Shown piece by piece: positions 9,695 to 19,644 of a stretch of 64,000 nucleotides of DNA. Below the pieces are notes generated by a model. It had not been told where the DNA came from. It saw only the letters and a list, made by a program, of their open reading frames with translations, and did not search any database. Within the stretch, counting starts at the first letter, position 1. The number at the start of each line of letters is the position of its first letter. The DNA comes from an uncultured delta proteobacterium. Lineage in GTDB: Bacteria; Desulfobacterota; Desulfomonilia; Desulfomonilales; Desulfomonilaceae. Made by a program: the position numbers and the translations under genes. The stretch is taken from assembly GCA_963789265.1 (NCBI GenBank), contig CAWBKB010000001.1:1728001-1792000 (forward strand), in the 5' to 3' direction.

Positions 9695-10171
9695 TTACCC
9701 CTTCTCTTTATACCTTATCAGGGGCCCGAAAAACTCCGTCTCACAATAGTGGCACCTCAGCGTGAGGGGGTCTTGGCTGACTACGAGAAATTTCCCTGGA
9801 ACTTCCTCGTGGTTGGTTATGCAGAATCGGTCGGGGCAAACGACGATGTCTCCGATCTGATTGGGGATTTCGACTTTGTGTTTTTCTATGACTTGCCCAT
9901 CTGCTATGCGAGTTATTGTAGCAAAAGGGGCTATAAGCGCTACCACATTGAGCATATCTCGCGACAGGCTCAGATTTTCCACCTTTATTATGTCCTTCTT
10001 CTTCATTGACGGGGACTCAAAGTTTGTACCTATGGCTATTATATCTCCGGTTTCTCGTGCGAGAGCGTTCAGCGCCAGAACCCGTACGATGAGGTAAGCT
10101 TTGCCCGCGGGTATGTGGTCAATGACTATACCTGTTTCAATTTTTGCAATAGTGATAGGCCTTTTTTTCAT
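9695..10171 (-). CDS. pyrI: Aspartate carbamoyltransferase regulatory chain
   Basis: GIVIDHIPAG, KKDIIKVE, Zn ligands CPDRFC and CHYC. Confidence 0.95.
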   Translation of the reverse strand: MKKRPITIAKIETGIVIDHIPAGKAYLIVRVLALNALARETGDIIAIGTNFESPSMKKKDIIKVENLSLSRDMLNVVALIAPFATITRIADGQVIEKHKVEIPNQIGDIVVCPDRFCITNHEEVPGKFLVVSQDPLTLRCHYCETEFFGPLIRYKEKG

Positions 10172-11106
10172 CGAACGGCTCCCAGGATCATTGCAAGCAG
10201 TGTTTCCCGCACGAAGAGCCCGTTGCGCGCCTGCTGGAAGTAGTAGGCGTGCGGGGTGTGATCAACGTCCAGAGCTATTTCGGTCACGCGAGGCAGCGGG
10301 TGCATCACTTTCATGTGCGGCTTTGCCTCTTTCAACATGCCCGCTTCAAGCCGATAGATGCTCCTGAACTTCTCTGCGAGCGCTTTTCGTTCCTCAAGTC
10401 GCTCTTTCTGTATTCTTGTCACGTACAGAATGTCTACCTCGGAGATAAAGTCCTCTATTCGGCTCCCCTCATCGACCCTTATGCCTCGATCCGAGGCCGC
10501 TTTGCATTTGTCTATCAGGGATCTGGGCATGGCTAGATCGCGGGGAGAGATGAAAAACAGCGTGCAATTATCATATTTCAATAGGGCTTCGGTCAGGGAG
10601 TGGACGGTGCGGCCGTTCACCAAATCCCCGACCATAGCGACGGTCAACCCATCCAACTTTCCTTGGGTCTCCTTGATAGAATACAGATCCAACAGCGTCT
10701 GGGTGGGGTGCTGATTCGGGCCGTCGCCGGCATTGATCACTGGAATGTCGGCAGCCTCAGCCGCGAGGCGAGCTGCCCCCTTCAGCGGATGACGAATCAC
10801 GATAACGTCAAAACCGTACCCGTCATGCATCTTCACCGTGTCCCACAGTGATTCCTCTTTTACAACGGAGGTGATGTTGGCATCGTAGAACCCGCCGACC
10901 TCTCCGCCAAGATTGCGCATGGCGACCTCGAAAGAAGTGCGGGTCCGAGTTGACGGCTCGAAGAACAGCATGGCCGAGACCTTGTCTTTACATAAGCTCT
11001 TCTTTTTAGGATGATTTCGGACTGTTTCGACTTTCGAGAGGATCTCGTCTATTTCCTCACGGGTCAAATCATTCATCGAAATGATATCCCTGTTTTCAAA
11101 GTTCAT
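10168..11106 (-). CDS. pyrB: Aspartate carbamoyltransferase catalytic chain
   Basis: FFEPSTRT, HPTQTLLD, MHPLPR. Confidence 0.97.
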   Translation of the reverse strand: MNFENRDIISMNDLTREEIDEILSKVETVRNHPKKKSLCKDKVSAMLFFEPSTRTRTSFEVAMRNLGGEVGGFYDANITSVVKEESLWDTVKMHDGYGFDVIVIRHPLKGAARLAAEAADIPVINAGDGPNQHPTQTLLDLYSIKETQGKLDGLTVAMVGDLVNGRTVHSLTEALLKYDNCTLFFISPRDLAMPRSLIDKCKAASDRGIRVDEGSRIEDFISEVDILYVTRIQKERLEERKALAEKFRSIYRLEAGMLKEAKPHMKVMHPLPRVTEIALDVDHTPHAYYFQQARNGLFVRETLLAMILGAVR

Positions 11107-11223
11107 CCTTGCTCACCTCGAAAATCGACGGCACCGACTTCTCCGGTCTGTTAAAGACCGACATAGTTAATCTCTTCGCCAATCTTTTAGGAACAGCCCC
11201 AACTCGACCGTACGCGGATCAGG

Positions 11224-12531
11224 TCAGAAGACATGCTGTTTCCCTCGCACTACGGTTCCAGTGACTCTCGCTGGAAGAGGCACGCCATCGAAGGGAGACC
11301 ATCCGCAGAGGGTCTTTAACGCGCCTCTCCCTTTGATCTGACTTCCTTCCACCAGCGTGGAGTTTCTCATATCGAGAATGGTTAGCGACGCGGCGTATCC
11401 CGCACCTATCTTACCTTGTGGCAGGTCCAGATCTTGATGAAATAGCCCGGCCGGGGCTGTCGAAAGAACCTCGGCCACACGCACCGGCGAGAATCCGCGC
11501 TGGTTCATAAGCCATCCAGCGAACGGGCCCAGCGTGTCCAGGTGCGGCATACCGGGAGATCCATTCCTTTTGTCGTCCATTGTGTGCGGAGCATGATCCG
11601 AGGCCAGCACATCAATCACGCCTTGTTTGAGAGCATCCAGAAGGAAGCGTCGATCACTTTCCGGACGCAAGGGCGGATTACATTCCAGTAGCGCCGATGC
11701 GGAAACATCTTGTTCTCCCGCCGCAAAGATTTTCCCATCTTGGACGCTGAAGAACAGGTGGTGCGGCGTAACCTCGCAGGTCACGCGGTCTTCGGACGTT
11801 CGGTTATAGTCTCGAATCAGAGACACGGCTCTTTCCGTAGAGACATGGCAGATATGGGTGTGTAGTCCGAACTTGGCCGTGATTTCAAGGATTTTTTCCA
11901 CCGCCCTTATTTCGGCCTCCGGGGGTCTGGTTTTCCATCTCGGCCCGGGCCCTGGGGCATGTCTCAGTATTTCCGGGTCCTCAGCATGAAAAAAAACCCG
12001 GCACTTATTGTACCGGGCCAGGACGTTTTCCAGATCGCCCCACGACGTGAAGGACACCGGGGAAGGGGCCGCATCAAGATAGACCTTGTACGGTATGTCT
12101 TGCCACGGTTCGGAACGTTCGGTTACGGCCGCGAATAAGATGACCGGACAGATAGATGAAGCCGAGAGCTCTTTCTTCCGAGCGTACGCCTGGGCATTGT
12201 CCGGCGGCATCGGGTCATTCGGCATGGCCGCGAATAGAGTCACGCCGCCGTTGATTGCAGCCTCACCCGCGCTTCGGAATGTTTCCTTTCGGCAGGCCAC
12301 TTCCCATTGTGCCATAGCCTGTGGGTTGGAGGGATCTGGTCGAGAATATTCTCTCGCGTGAACGTGAATATCAATGAAACCGGGAAAGATGAGATCGCCT
12401 ATCTCTTCATCCTTGTCCAATTCCTCTACGGACCGTATAGAGCCGCCCTTAGTGTCGAGAGAAATTTCAGCCCAGCGGACACCATCGGCAAATACTGTTC
12501 GGCCTGAAATGAGAGATTCCATTGTCTCCAC
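11224..12531 (-). CDS. pyrC: Dihydroorotase
   Basis: DIHVHARE, AMPND, HICHVST, CEVTPHHL, SDHAPH; directly upstream of pyrBI. Confidence 0.85.
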   Translation of the reverse strand: METMESLISGRTVFADGVRWAEISLDTKGGSIRSVEELDKDEEIGDLIFPGFIDIHVHAREYSRPDPSNPQAMAQWEVACRKETFRSAGEAAINGGVTLFAAMPNDPMPPDNAQAYARKKELSASSICPVILFAAVTERSEPWQDIPYKVYLDAAPSPVSFTSWGDLENVLARYNKCRVFFHAEDPEILRHAPGPGPRWKTRPPEAEIRAVEKILEITAKFGLHTHICHVSTERAVSLIRDYNRTSEDRVTCEVTPHHLFFSVQDGKIFAAGEQDVSASALLECNPPLRPESDRRFLLDALKQGVIDVLASDHAPHTMDDKRNGSPGMPHLDTLGPFAGWLMNQRGFSPVRVAEVLSTAPAGLFHQDLDLPQGKIGAGYAASLTILDMRNSTLVEGSQIKGRGALKTLCGWSPFDGVPLPARVTGTVVRGKQHVF

Positions 12532-12598
12532 ATCCGTTCATGGCCGGCTCAACGCCCCGGATTAGCCGTAAACGAGAACGCACAAACCATTAGGCCGC

Positions 12599-13204
12599 TT
12601 ATTGACCTTCGGCTGCCGGAATTGTGGCATTAACGAGGGCTGCCACGTCACGAAAGAATTTGTCGAAAGAGGGACACCGCTCGCGGCAGAGCGAGAGATC
12701 CATGCGGCTCGCAAACTCTGATTGGTGCACTGACGGCGTATATTTCATACCCTGGCAAAAGCGCTTGAGCGTTCCCTTCCCACCCAAATTCTCGGGATTG
12801 TCCGGCGTTGCCGCGTCGACTGGTATGCCCATGAATCCTCTGAAAGACTCCAGGCACCCCAGAAACCACGCCTCGAATTCCTTCTTGGCCAGGACCACCG
12901 CTACGGGCAACTGAGCGGCCTGTTTCGCACGCCTGAGCAGCTCCGGCTCCAATTTCGCCGGGCAATCTTTGTCAGCATCGAGAAGGACCAGAATAGCTCC
13001 CACATTCTTTCTTGTCCTCATCGCAAGTTCGATGGCCTTTTCCAGCTCACCCTCATTGACAATCTTGTGGCGTTTTTGTCTGATAGGTTTTTGATCCGGG
13101 TACACTGTGTACACCTTCATAAACCGTAAGATTCTACTTAGCAGAACCGGAACAGACTTCACTTCGCCGTGCCCCTCGACAATTGCTACAATCGAGCGGC
13201 TCAT
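12599..13204 (-). CDS. DUF4276-like (TOPRIM-type) protein
   Basis: IVEGHGE, LLDADKDCP, KEFEAWFL, CPSFDKF; follows an ABC-type ATPase. Confidence 0.75.
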   Translation of the reverse strand: MSRSIVAIVEGHGEVKSVPVLLSRILRFMKVYTVYPDQKPIRQKRHKIVNEGELEKAIELAMRTRKNVGAILVLLDADKDCPAKLEPELLRRAKQAAQLPVAVVLAKKEFEAWFLGCLESFRGFMGIPVDAATPDNPENLGGKGTLKRFCQGMKYTPSVHQSEFASRMDLSLCRERCPSFDKFFRDVAALVNATIPAAEGQ

Positions 13205-13209
13205 CGTTA

Positions 13210-14442
13210 TCAAACCGTTTTGTCGACAAGAGATTCATCGGATGACCGAGGACCATGAGGTGAAATTTCCGGTGCCTCGTCGTCAGGGCGTATCTCATTC
13301 ATTTTCAGGAGTTCCCCGGGAGAGTACAAGCGCTCTCGTATAACGTCGCGGCTCGATTCAGAAAGGGGGGCAATGACGGTCTGCCCTTTCTTCAAATAAA
13401 CCATGCGAATCTGAGAATCTTCTAACTCCTTTTGGTCAAGGATTTCGGGGCTATGGGTAGTTATCAAAACCTGTTTTTCATTGGAGGCTCCCATAAGGAT
13501 CTCCATGATCATTTCAAGCAGGGCAGGGTGGACCGTAGCCTCCGGTTCCTCGATGCCCACAACCTTTGGCAACGGCTGCAGCACAGAGAGGGCTAAACCC
13601 AATACTCTCAAGGTACCGTCTGACATGTCCAGGGCATCAAATTCCACAGGCTCTGTCAAACCGATATCTTGGAAAAATAACAGCTTCTCTTTATTGTCAA
13701 CTGACTTAGTAGCTACCCTATGGATCCCTGGACAGGCTTCGGCAAGAATTTTGTTCAAAAACTGAACTACAGGAGGGTACAACCGGCTCCCTCTTTCATT
13801 GATTTGTTTCAAGACCGATGTTGCATTGCTCCCATCCCGTTTAAGAAGTAACCCCGAATCGGGAATTTGAAATTCGCGCAAACTCCTGGGCTCGATAGCG
13901 TAAACCCGCATAAAATCCAGGAAAAACCAGAGCTGTTGGAACTCTTCCACTCCGGCCACCAGCCGTAAGGCTAGATTGTTTGCTGAAATATGAGGTTTGA
14001 TGCCTGGGACAGATGTCGTGAACTGGCCTCTGTCCATCAGAAATTCGGATCTGCTCCCGCCGGGGCCTTCTATGATGCAAGACTCGTACGCCACGGAGAA
14101 AGGTCGTGAAATGTCTTCGACCCAAGTATCTATTTCAAACGTATATTCGGCGGTAACATCGGATGCTAGCTCAATTGAAAGACTGAATCTTATGCCAGGA
14201 TAAGGCGCACCGGACGTAAGGTCTTTCGCGCGATTCATGACGTGCGCCCAACCACCCCTTCGATTCAGAGCCACCTCCACAGAATCGGCCAGGCATTCTT
14301 GGACAAAAGCAAGCGCATCAATGAAGTTGCTCTTTCCTGACCCGTTGGTTCCAACGAAGACTGTAAATGGTTCAAGATCGACTCTAACGTCGGACAGACT
14401 TTTGAAGTTCAATATTTCAACCGACTTTATGCGGGGAATCAT
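13210..14442 (-). CDS. AAA_21/ABC-type ATPase
   Basis: NFKS, Walker A GTNGSGKS, signature MSDGT, Walker B IEEPE, TTHSP. Confidence 0.9.
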   Translation of the reverse strand: MIPRIKSVEILNFKSLSDVRVDLEPFTVFVGTNGSGKSNFIDALAFVQECLADSVEVALNRRGGWAHVMNRAKDLTSGAPYPGIRFSLSIELASDVTAEYTFEIDTWVEDISRPFSVAYESCIIEGPGGSRSEFLMDRGQFTTSVPGIKPHISANNLALRLVAGVEEFQQLWFFLDFMRVYAIEPRSLREFQIPDSGLLLKRDGSNATSVLKQINERGSRLYPPVVQFLNKILAEACPGIHRVATKSVDNKEKLLFFQDIGLTEPVEFDALDMSDGTLRVLGLALSVLQPLPKVVGIEEPEATVHPALLEMIMEILMGASNEKQVLITTHSPEILDQKELEDSQIRMVYLKKGQTVIAPLSESSRDVIRERLYSPGELLKMNEIRPDDEAPEISPHGPRSSDESLVDKTV

Positions 14443-14553
14443 ACAAACCACTCCATGAACTTATCCGTCGTGCTCAGACCTTGAGCCTTCTCAGGCAAGA
14501 TTATGCTTCTCCCGCGGTTGTGCAAGCTTTTCCGCGACCCGTGGAAACAGTAC

Positions 14554-15083
14554 TTAGGATTTCTCTTCCATAGCCTGGATGATTGTCCGGCAGAAGGCGG
14601 GCAAGTCATCAGGCTTCCGAGATGTTATGAGGTTGCCGTCCCGGACCATCTCGGAGTCTTCCCATTTGGCCCCTGCATGGATCATGTCATCCTTGATGGC
14701 AACATACGAAGTGGCTTTCTTCCCTTTGAGTATTCCCGCGCTGGCCAACATCCAACCTGCATGGCAGATCGCTGCCACTACTTTGCCTTTGTTGAATGCG
14801 TCCCGGACAAGACCCACCATTGCCGCGTGCAAGCGCATCCTGTCCGGAGCGTATCCGCCAGAGGGATCACGACCGCATCGAAATCATCCGCGGTCACTTC
14901 AGATGCCGATTTGTCGACCTGCACAGGGATACCGTACTTGCTGTGATAGACGGATGCAGATCCGGAGCCGACAACAGTAACGTTCACCCCTTCTTCCTTC
15001 AATCTGTAGTAAGGTATCCAGAGTTCGAAATCGTTGTAATTGTCCTCAGCGAGCAAAGCGGCCTTTTTACCTTTCAATTTCAT
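14554..15083 (-). CDS. PfpI/DJ-1 family protein (frameshift near 14860)
   Basis: The two frames join into VIPGGYAPDRMR...AAICHAG...TSRKPDDLPAF if an extra CT is removed. Confidence 0.85.
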
Positions 15084-15181
15084 TATCTTTTCCCCCTATT
15101 TGGTTTTTGCACAATTAGTTTCTGATTGGATCGGTAGCAACCTTCCCCCGGGAATTTCTCCGGAGACCTGTTCCATTGACT

Positions 15182-15538
15182 CTAGGTGGGAGAGTCTTCG
15201 ACCTCCAGCGAGGCTATCCGCATTTCATCACGACCTTGGAGAATCTGGAGAGATGCTGAAGAGCAGACCGGGCAGAAGGGCTGATAAACTTCCAGTTCGA
15301 ACTCTTTGCCGCACTCGAAGCAGTAAACCTTGATGGGGACGATGCTTATGTCCACCTCAGCCCCTTCGGCGATACCGCCCTTGGAAAGCACTTCAAACCC
15401 GAAAGTTATGGCTGCGGGCATTACACCTGTAAGCGCGCCGAATTCCAGGTTTATTTTTAAAATCCTTTTCGCGTTGTGGAGTTTGGCCTGCTGCTCCAGT
15501 ATATCTATGATGTTTTGTACTATGGCCATTTCGTGCAT
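15182..15538 (-). CDS. hypA: Hydrogenase maturation nickel metallochaperone
   Basis: MHE N-terminus, two CxxC (CFEC, CPVC), GRDE. Confidence 0.95.
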   Translation of the reverse strand: MHEMAIVQNIIDILEQQAKLHNAKRILKINLEFGALTGVMPAAITFGFEVLSKGGIAEGAEVDISIVPIKVYCFECGKEFELEVYQPFCPVCSSASLQILQGRDEMRIASLEVEDSPT

Positions 15539-15601
15539 GAATCGGTACCTCAACAATTTATGAAAGCTATCATTAAGGATTAGTTCCGAGTATTTCAGTT
15601 T

Positions 15602-15979
15602 TCAGCTTGGCTGCCTTACCCATGCAGGAAGCTGCCACTGCACCGATCTGTTTATCTCCTGGAACCAGCCCTCACCCGTCAAGTCTATGAAAGTACGGTA
15701 TGTATTCTGAATGTTGCTGTTGCTGTAAATGCTAAAGGCTACGTTTCTTCCACGATATGAATAGACCGTAACCATTTGGCCGCCCGGACCCGAATAAAAA
15801 TCCATAGTGGTTTGCTTGCCCGGGATGTCAGGCGCGTGATTGGAGCTGCTTGTGGTCAGGTGTTTGAACGATCTGAGGTCGGGAAGTCGATATTTTTGCG
15901 GCGCTTGCTGAGCAGAGGCCAACACAGCCAGAGACAAGAAGGCAGTAATTCCGCAAAGGATAGCACAGATTCTCGCCAT
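15602..15979 (-). CDS. Hypothetical exported protein
   Basis: Signal peptide ending ASA-Q; 125 aa. Confidence 0.65.
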   Translation of the reverse strand: MARICAILCGITAFLSLAVLASAQQAPQKYRLPDLRSFKHLTTSSSNHAPDIPGKQTTMDFYSGPGGQMVTVYSYRGRNVAFSIYSNSNIQNTYRTFIDLTGEGWFQEINRSVQWQLPAWVRQPS

Positions 15980-16003
15980 AAGATACAGATCCTTTCAGTC
16001 CTC

Positions 16004-16221
16004 GTAACCGTTCAGCGGGCAATCAGGATTCACCGCAGAGTGCGCCGAGAACGCAGAGAGAAAAAATGGCTTCCGCAAGCCCACATAAGTAGCGGGGCTA
16101 CTCAGTCAGGCCGGTAGCACCTTCAGTGCCAGAGACCGGAATCCCCTGCGTCTCACCTGGGAGAATGGCACAGAAAACAGAACCCTTAGTGATCTCTGCG
16201 ATCTCCGCGGTGAACGATTAC
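16004..16221. mobile_element. MITE with GTAACCRTTCA-type terminal inverted repeats and 8-bp target duplication
   Basis: GTAACCGTTCA...TGAACGATTAC, flanked on both sides by CAGTCCTC; carries CACCGCAGAG..CGCAGAG-type palindromic repeats. Confidence 0.8.
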
Positions 16222-16542
16222 CAGTCCTCTTATGTGTGTTCAAATGGGGTCTATACCAGATTTCGATTCCTTGAACAACACGGACAACCCGCTAACTGTA
16301 CGCACCCAGTTTTCAACGGGTGTAATTGTCATTGCAATAGTTGGCAAGGAGGTCGTCGGTTGCGGTGCGCCTGAAATCGTTCCAAACAATCTTGCGAAGA
16401 TCACTATGGCAGATAGGATTCCGTTCGCCGAAATCAAGACCCGTACGGGAACATCCTGTTCGCGACATTCAAGGAACAATTGACAGAGCATTCGGATTGC
16501 TTCAAGATTGTGTTCTGACTCCAATTTCGAACCAAGTGGAAG

Positions 16543-17049
16543 ATGACTATGACCTTCGACGGCATGGGCGGAGATGAGTTGCGAGAGTACCTTGATTTTC
16601 TTATGTGGAATTATCGTGTGGTAGACGCTTTTTGGTACATTTATATAGAGCAAACATACGGTTCGGATACGGCCAACCATTTCAATGAAAAGGTTTGGGA
16701 CCGCGTGGCTGGTCTCTCGGCAAGGGATATTATCAAGAGGTTCAACATAACCGAACCGGGTCTCGGCGGCTTTGTGAAAGCTCTGAAATACTTTCCCTGG
16801 ACGATGCTAGTGGGTTACCACATTGAACAAACACCCCGGGAAGTGATCGTCACCGTGCCGGAGTGCCCGACTCAAATGGCCCGCCTGCGTCGGGACCAGG
16901 GCGAGTACCATTGCAAAGAGATGCACCGCGGCGAATTCATAAGCTTTGCGCGGGAAATAGATCCGAACATCAAAGTGGAATGCGTTCATGCACCACCTGA
17001 TCCACATCCGGCGGATAGATTTTGTAGGTGGAGGTTCACCACCTCGTGA
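16543..17049 (+). CDS. DUF6125-like conserved hypothetical protein
   Basis: [38 protein letters not shown]. Confidence 0.7.
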   Translation: MTMTFDGMGGDELREYLDFLMWNYRVVDAFWYIYIEQTYGSDTANHFNEKVWDRVAGLSARDIIKRFNITEPGLGGFVKALKYFPWTMLVGYHIEQTPREVIVTVPECPTQMARLRRDQGEYHCKEMHRGEFISFAREIDPNIKVECVHAPPDPHPADRFCRWRFTTS

Positions 17050-17225
17050 ACCATTCCAAGCTTTAAGCAGAGTGGAAACCACCAGGCTCTTGCCGGGATG
17101 AGCGTGGATTCTTGACAGGCATCTTTTCGGAATGGTACCTTGCTAGGGGAAAGGCTCTCAGCTAACCCTCGGTCAAGGATGCAGACCCAGACTTAATTCC
17201 ACCCTCCGTACGACGGTGACAGCTC

Positions 17226-18752
17226 ATGTCCAAGGAAATTGAGGCCAAAGTTCTGGTCGCATTGTTGGATGACCGATACCTTCTCAGTCGGGTCCTTAGT
17301 GACGGTTTTGTGCCCGACGTGTTCAAAGACAGCAGTTTCCGAATCATCTTCAAGACTGTGTACGAGATGATTCAAATCCCCGGCCAAGTTATTGATTGGA
17401 TCACCATAGAGAATACTATCAAGCGAAAAGAGTGGCACACGCCGGAGGTGGCACAAGCCATTGCCAAGTTGAGAAGCGATGAAGCCCCTGAAGCCGATCA
17501 ATTGATGGCCTATGTCGATATTCTCAAAGACCGCAACCTTCGTGACAAAATGATGAAATTGTCGCAGGTGATGGCCGACTATTGCATGCATAAGGGGCAG
17601 TACAAGGACCAGGATTTCGTCGATTTTAGCAGCCGCACGATTCAGACCCTTATCGAATTGCAAAAACAAAAAGTAAAAAAGCGCATCAGCCCGGTGAAAG
17701 AAACCATCCGTGAGATTCAGAATCTAACCGACCGCAGCAAGACGGAATCCAACAGGCTTCTAGGATTTTCCATCGCCCCGTTCGATAGACTGGAGCACGT
17801 TCTTTCCGGCGTTCGAAAGGGATTCTACTACGGGCTGGCGGGACCCCCTCGCCGGGGCAAGACAACCCTGGCCCTGGACATAGCTTCGCGGCTCGCGGAA
17901 AGAAACGACTTCCCCGTGTTGTTCTACACCTGGGAACAGACAAGACGTACTCTCGCGGCCCGACTGCTCGGCCGGGAATGCTACATAAACCCGGTGAAGC
18001 TCCTGACCGAGGTTTCTCCCGAAGAGAAACAGCGTCACTCTCTGGTAACCAAGGTGATTGAGCGGTCTGCCTCATACAGCAGCAACTTGTTTGTGATCGA
18101 AGCCGGGCGACAGGACACCATCGAGCGGATCAAGGCTCAGGCTTACAATGTCATGCACGAATATCGGTCGAATGACATTGCCATTTTTTTCGACTACTTG
18201 CAAAAAATCCCGCTTGGCAGACAATATGAAGATATAAGGAGCCAGGTGAATGAGGCATCGGCTCAATTGGCCGACCTTAGCCTCGAACTGAACTGCCCGG
18301 TGTTGGCCATCTCCGCAATGGATAAGGAAGGGTGCAAGCTGGATGAGAAGCCCCCTTCTTATGACGAATTCTCTACCACTTACTTCGCCAGACCAACGAT
18401 GCACAACTGCGTCGGAGGCGGCGACTTGGAATACGACCTGGATGTGGCGATGATACTTTCGAAGGATTGGGTTGCAACAAAGAATCTCCATGACCGCCTC
18501 AGTTTAAAAGACAAAGACAAGAAGGCTCCGGATCTTCCTCAGATAGATATCATCAATCTTCACGTGGACAAGAACCGAGATTCAGCGGGTGAGACTTCGC
18601 CCACAATTCAGTATGCTTTCTTCATTAACATCAACAAATTCGTGGAAGTGGGTTTCAAAACTGAAGAAGAATATTCCAAGGAATTCAAAGGATTCGCGAA
18701 GGCCGAAGACATGTTCGGCACACTTTTGGACACAGGGATCTTTAAGCTGTAG
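17226..18752 (+). CDS. Divergent DnaB-like (SF4) helicase domain protein
   Basis: Walker A AGPPRRGKT, WEQ, FFDYLQ, LEYDLD, DKNR. Confidence 0.75.
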   Translation: MSKEIEAKVLVALLDDRYLLSRVLSDGFVPDVFKDSSFRIIFKTVYEMIQIPGQVIDWITIENTIKRKEWHTPEVAQAIAKLRSDEAPEADQLMAYVDILKDRNLRDKMMKLSQVMADYCMHKGQYKDQDFVDFSSRTIQTLIELQKQKVKKRISPVKETIREIQNLTDRSKTESNRLLGFSIAPFDRLEHVLSGVRKGFYYGLAGPPRRGKTTLALDIASRLAERNDFPVLFYTWEQTRRTLAARLLGRECYINPVKLLTEVSPEEKQRHSLVTKVIERSASYSSNLFVIEAGRQDTIERIKAQAYNVMHEYRSNDIAIFFDYLQKIPLGRQYEDIRSQVNEASAQLADLSLELNCPVLAISAMDKEGCKLDEKPPSYDEFSTTYFARPTMHNCVGGGDLEYDLDVAMILSKDWVATKNLHDRLSLKDKDKKAPDLPQIDIINLHVDKNRDSAGETSPTIQYAFFININKFVEVGFKTEEEYSKEFKGFAKAEDMFGTLLDTGIFKL

Positions 18753-18819
18753 AATCCTCTCGTATAAGTGACGCCGGCAATAGCGAACTTTGGAAACCCG
18801 CCCGAAAGAAAAATCTTCC

Positions 18820-19539
18820 ATGTACTTGAAAGAAATACGAATAAACGGCTCCGAATTTCCCATCCGCGATCGATTCCCTTTCGACATCGCAGCCTTTCAG
18901 AAAACCTGCGAAGTTGAGATTTCCTCCCCGGTGGCATTCTTTGTGGGCGAAAACGGAACCGGCAAATCTGCTCTGCTGGACGCGATAGCTCGCAGAAGCG
19001 GCTTTCTTCCCTGGGGCGGGAGCAAGATTCATCGAGTTCATAAGAACCCTTACGAGACGCAGCTCGCCAACCACATTGAGCTGATGTTCGGGCCAAGGCA
19101 TCGTTACGGGTTCCATTTTCGTGCCGAGGCCTTTTTCAACTTCGCTTCCTCCCTCGATGACATTATTCTTGACGATCCCGCCCGCGATAAGTATTACGGC
19201 GGTGGGTCATTGAATGCGCTCTCCCACGGAGAATCGTTCCTCTCCTTTTTCAAGGGCTACAGCTTTCAACTGGATGGATTGTATCTTCTCGATGAGCCGG
19301 AAGCGGCGCTTTCGCCGCAGAACCAGGCAGAGTTCGTGCGCATCATTCACGAGTCCGCTATTTCGGGAAACAGGCAGTATATCATTGCCACGCATTCCCC
19401 GATCATCTTAGGCTGTCCGGGCGGACAGATCTTCAGTTTTGACTCTCCGCCCATACGGCCTATTGAGTACCGAGAGACGGCTTCTTACTTGTTTTACAAG
19501 CAATTTTTAGCTGACCCGGACCACTTTTTTCGGCGCTGA
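18820..19539 (+). CDS. Predicted ABC-type/AAA ATPase
   Basis: GENGTGKS, RAE, LSHGESF, LLDEPEAALSP, ATHSP. Confidence 0.9.
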   Translation: MYLKEIRINGSEFPIRDRFPFDIAAFQKTCEVEISSPVAFFVGENGTGKSALLDAIARRSGFLPWGGSKIHRVHKNPYETQLANHIELMFGPRHRYGFHFRAEAFFNFASSLDDIILDDPARDKYYGGGSLNALSHGESFLSFFKGYSFQLDGLYLLDEPEAALSPQNQAEFVRIIHESAISGNRQYIIATHSPIILGCPGGQIFSFDSPPIRPIEYRETASYLFYKQFLADPDHFFRR

Positions 19540-19644
19540 CTACTGAGTTCCGAAATTTGTGGGCTGGGGCAATCATATCAAGTTCGCGTCAAAAGTTGAC
19601 AGCCTGTGGCATTATCTCTCTCAGGGGCTCGCAAGGTGTTCGCG

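Noticed and set aside
16126..16577. Short ORFs upstream of the DUF6125-like gene
   Set aside because: No motif or convincing RBS; partly overlap a MITE.
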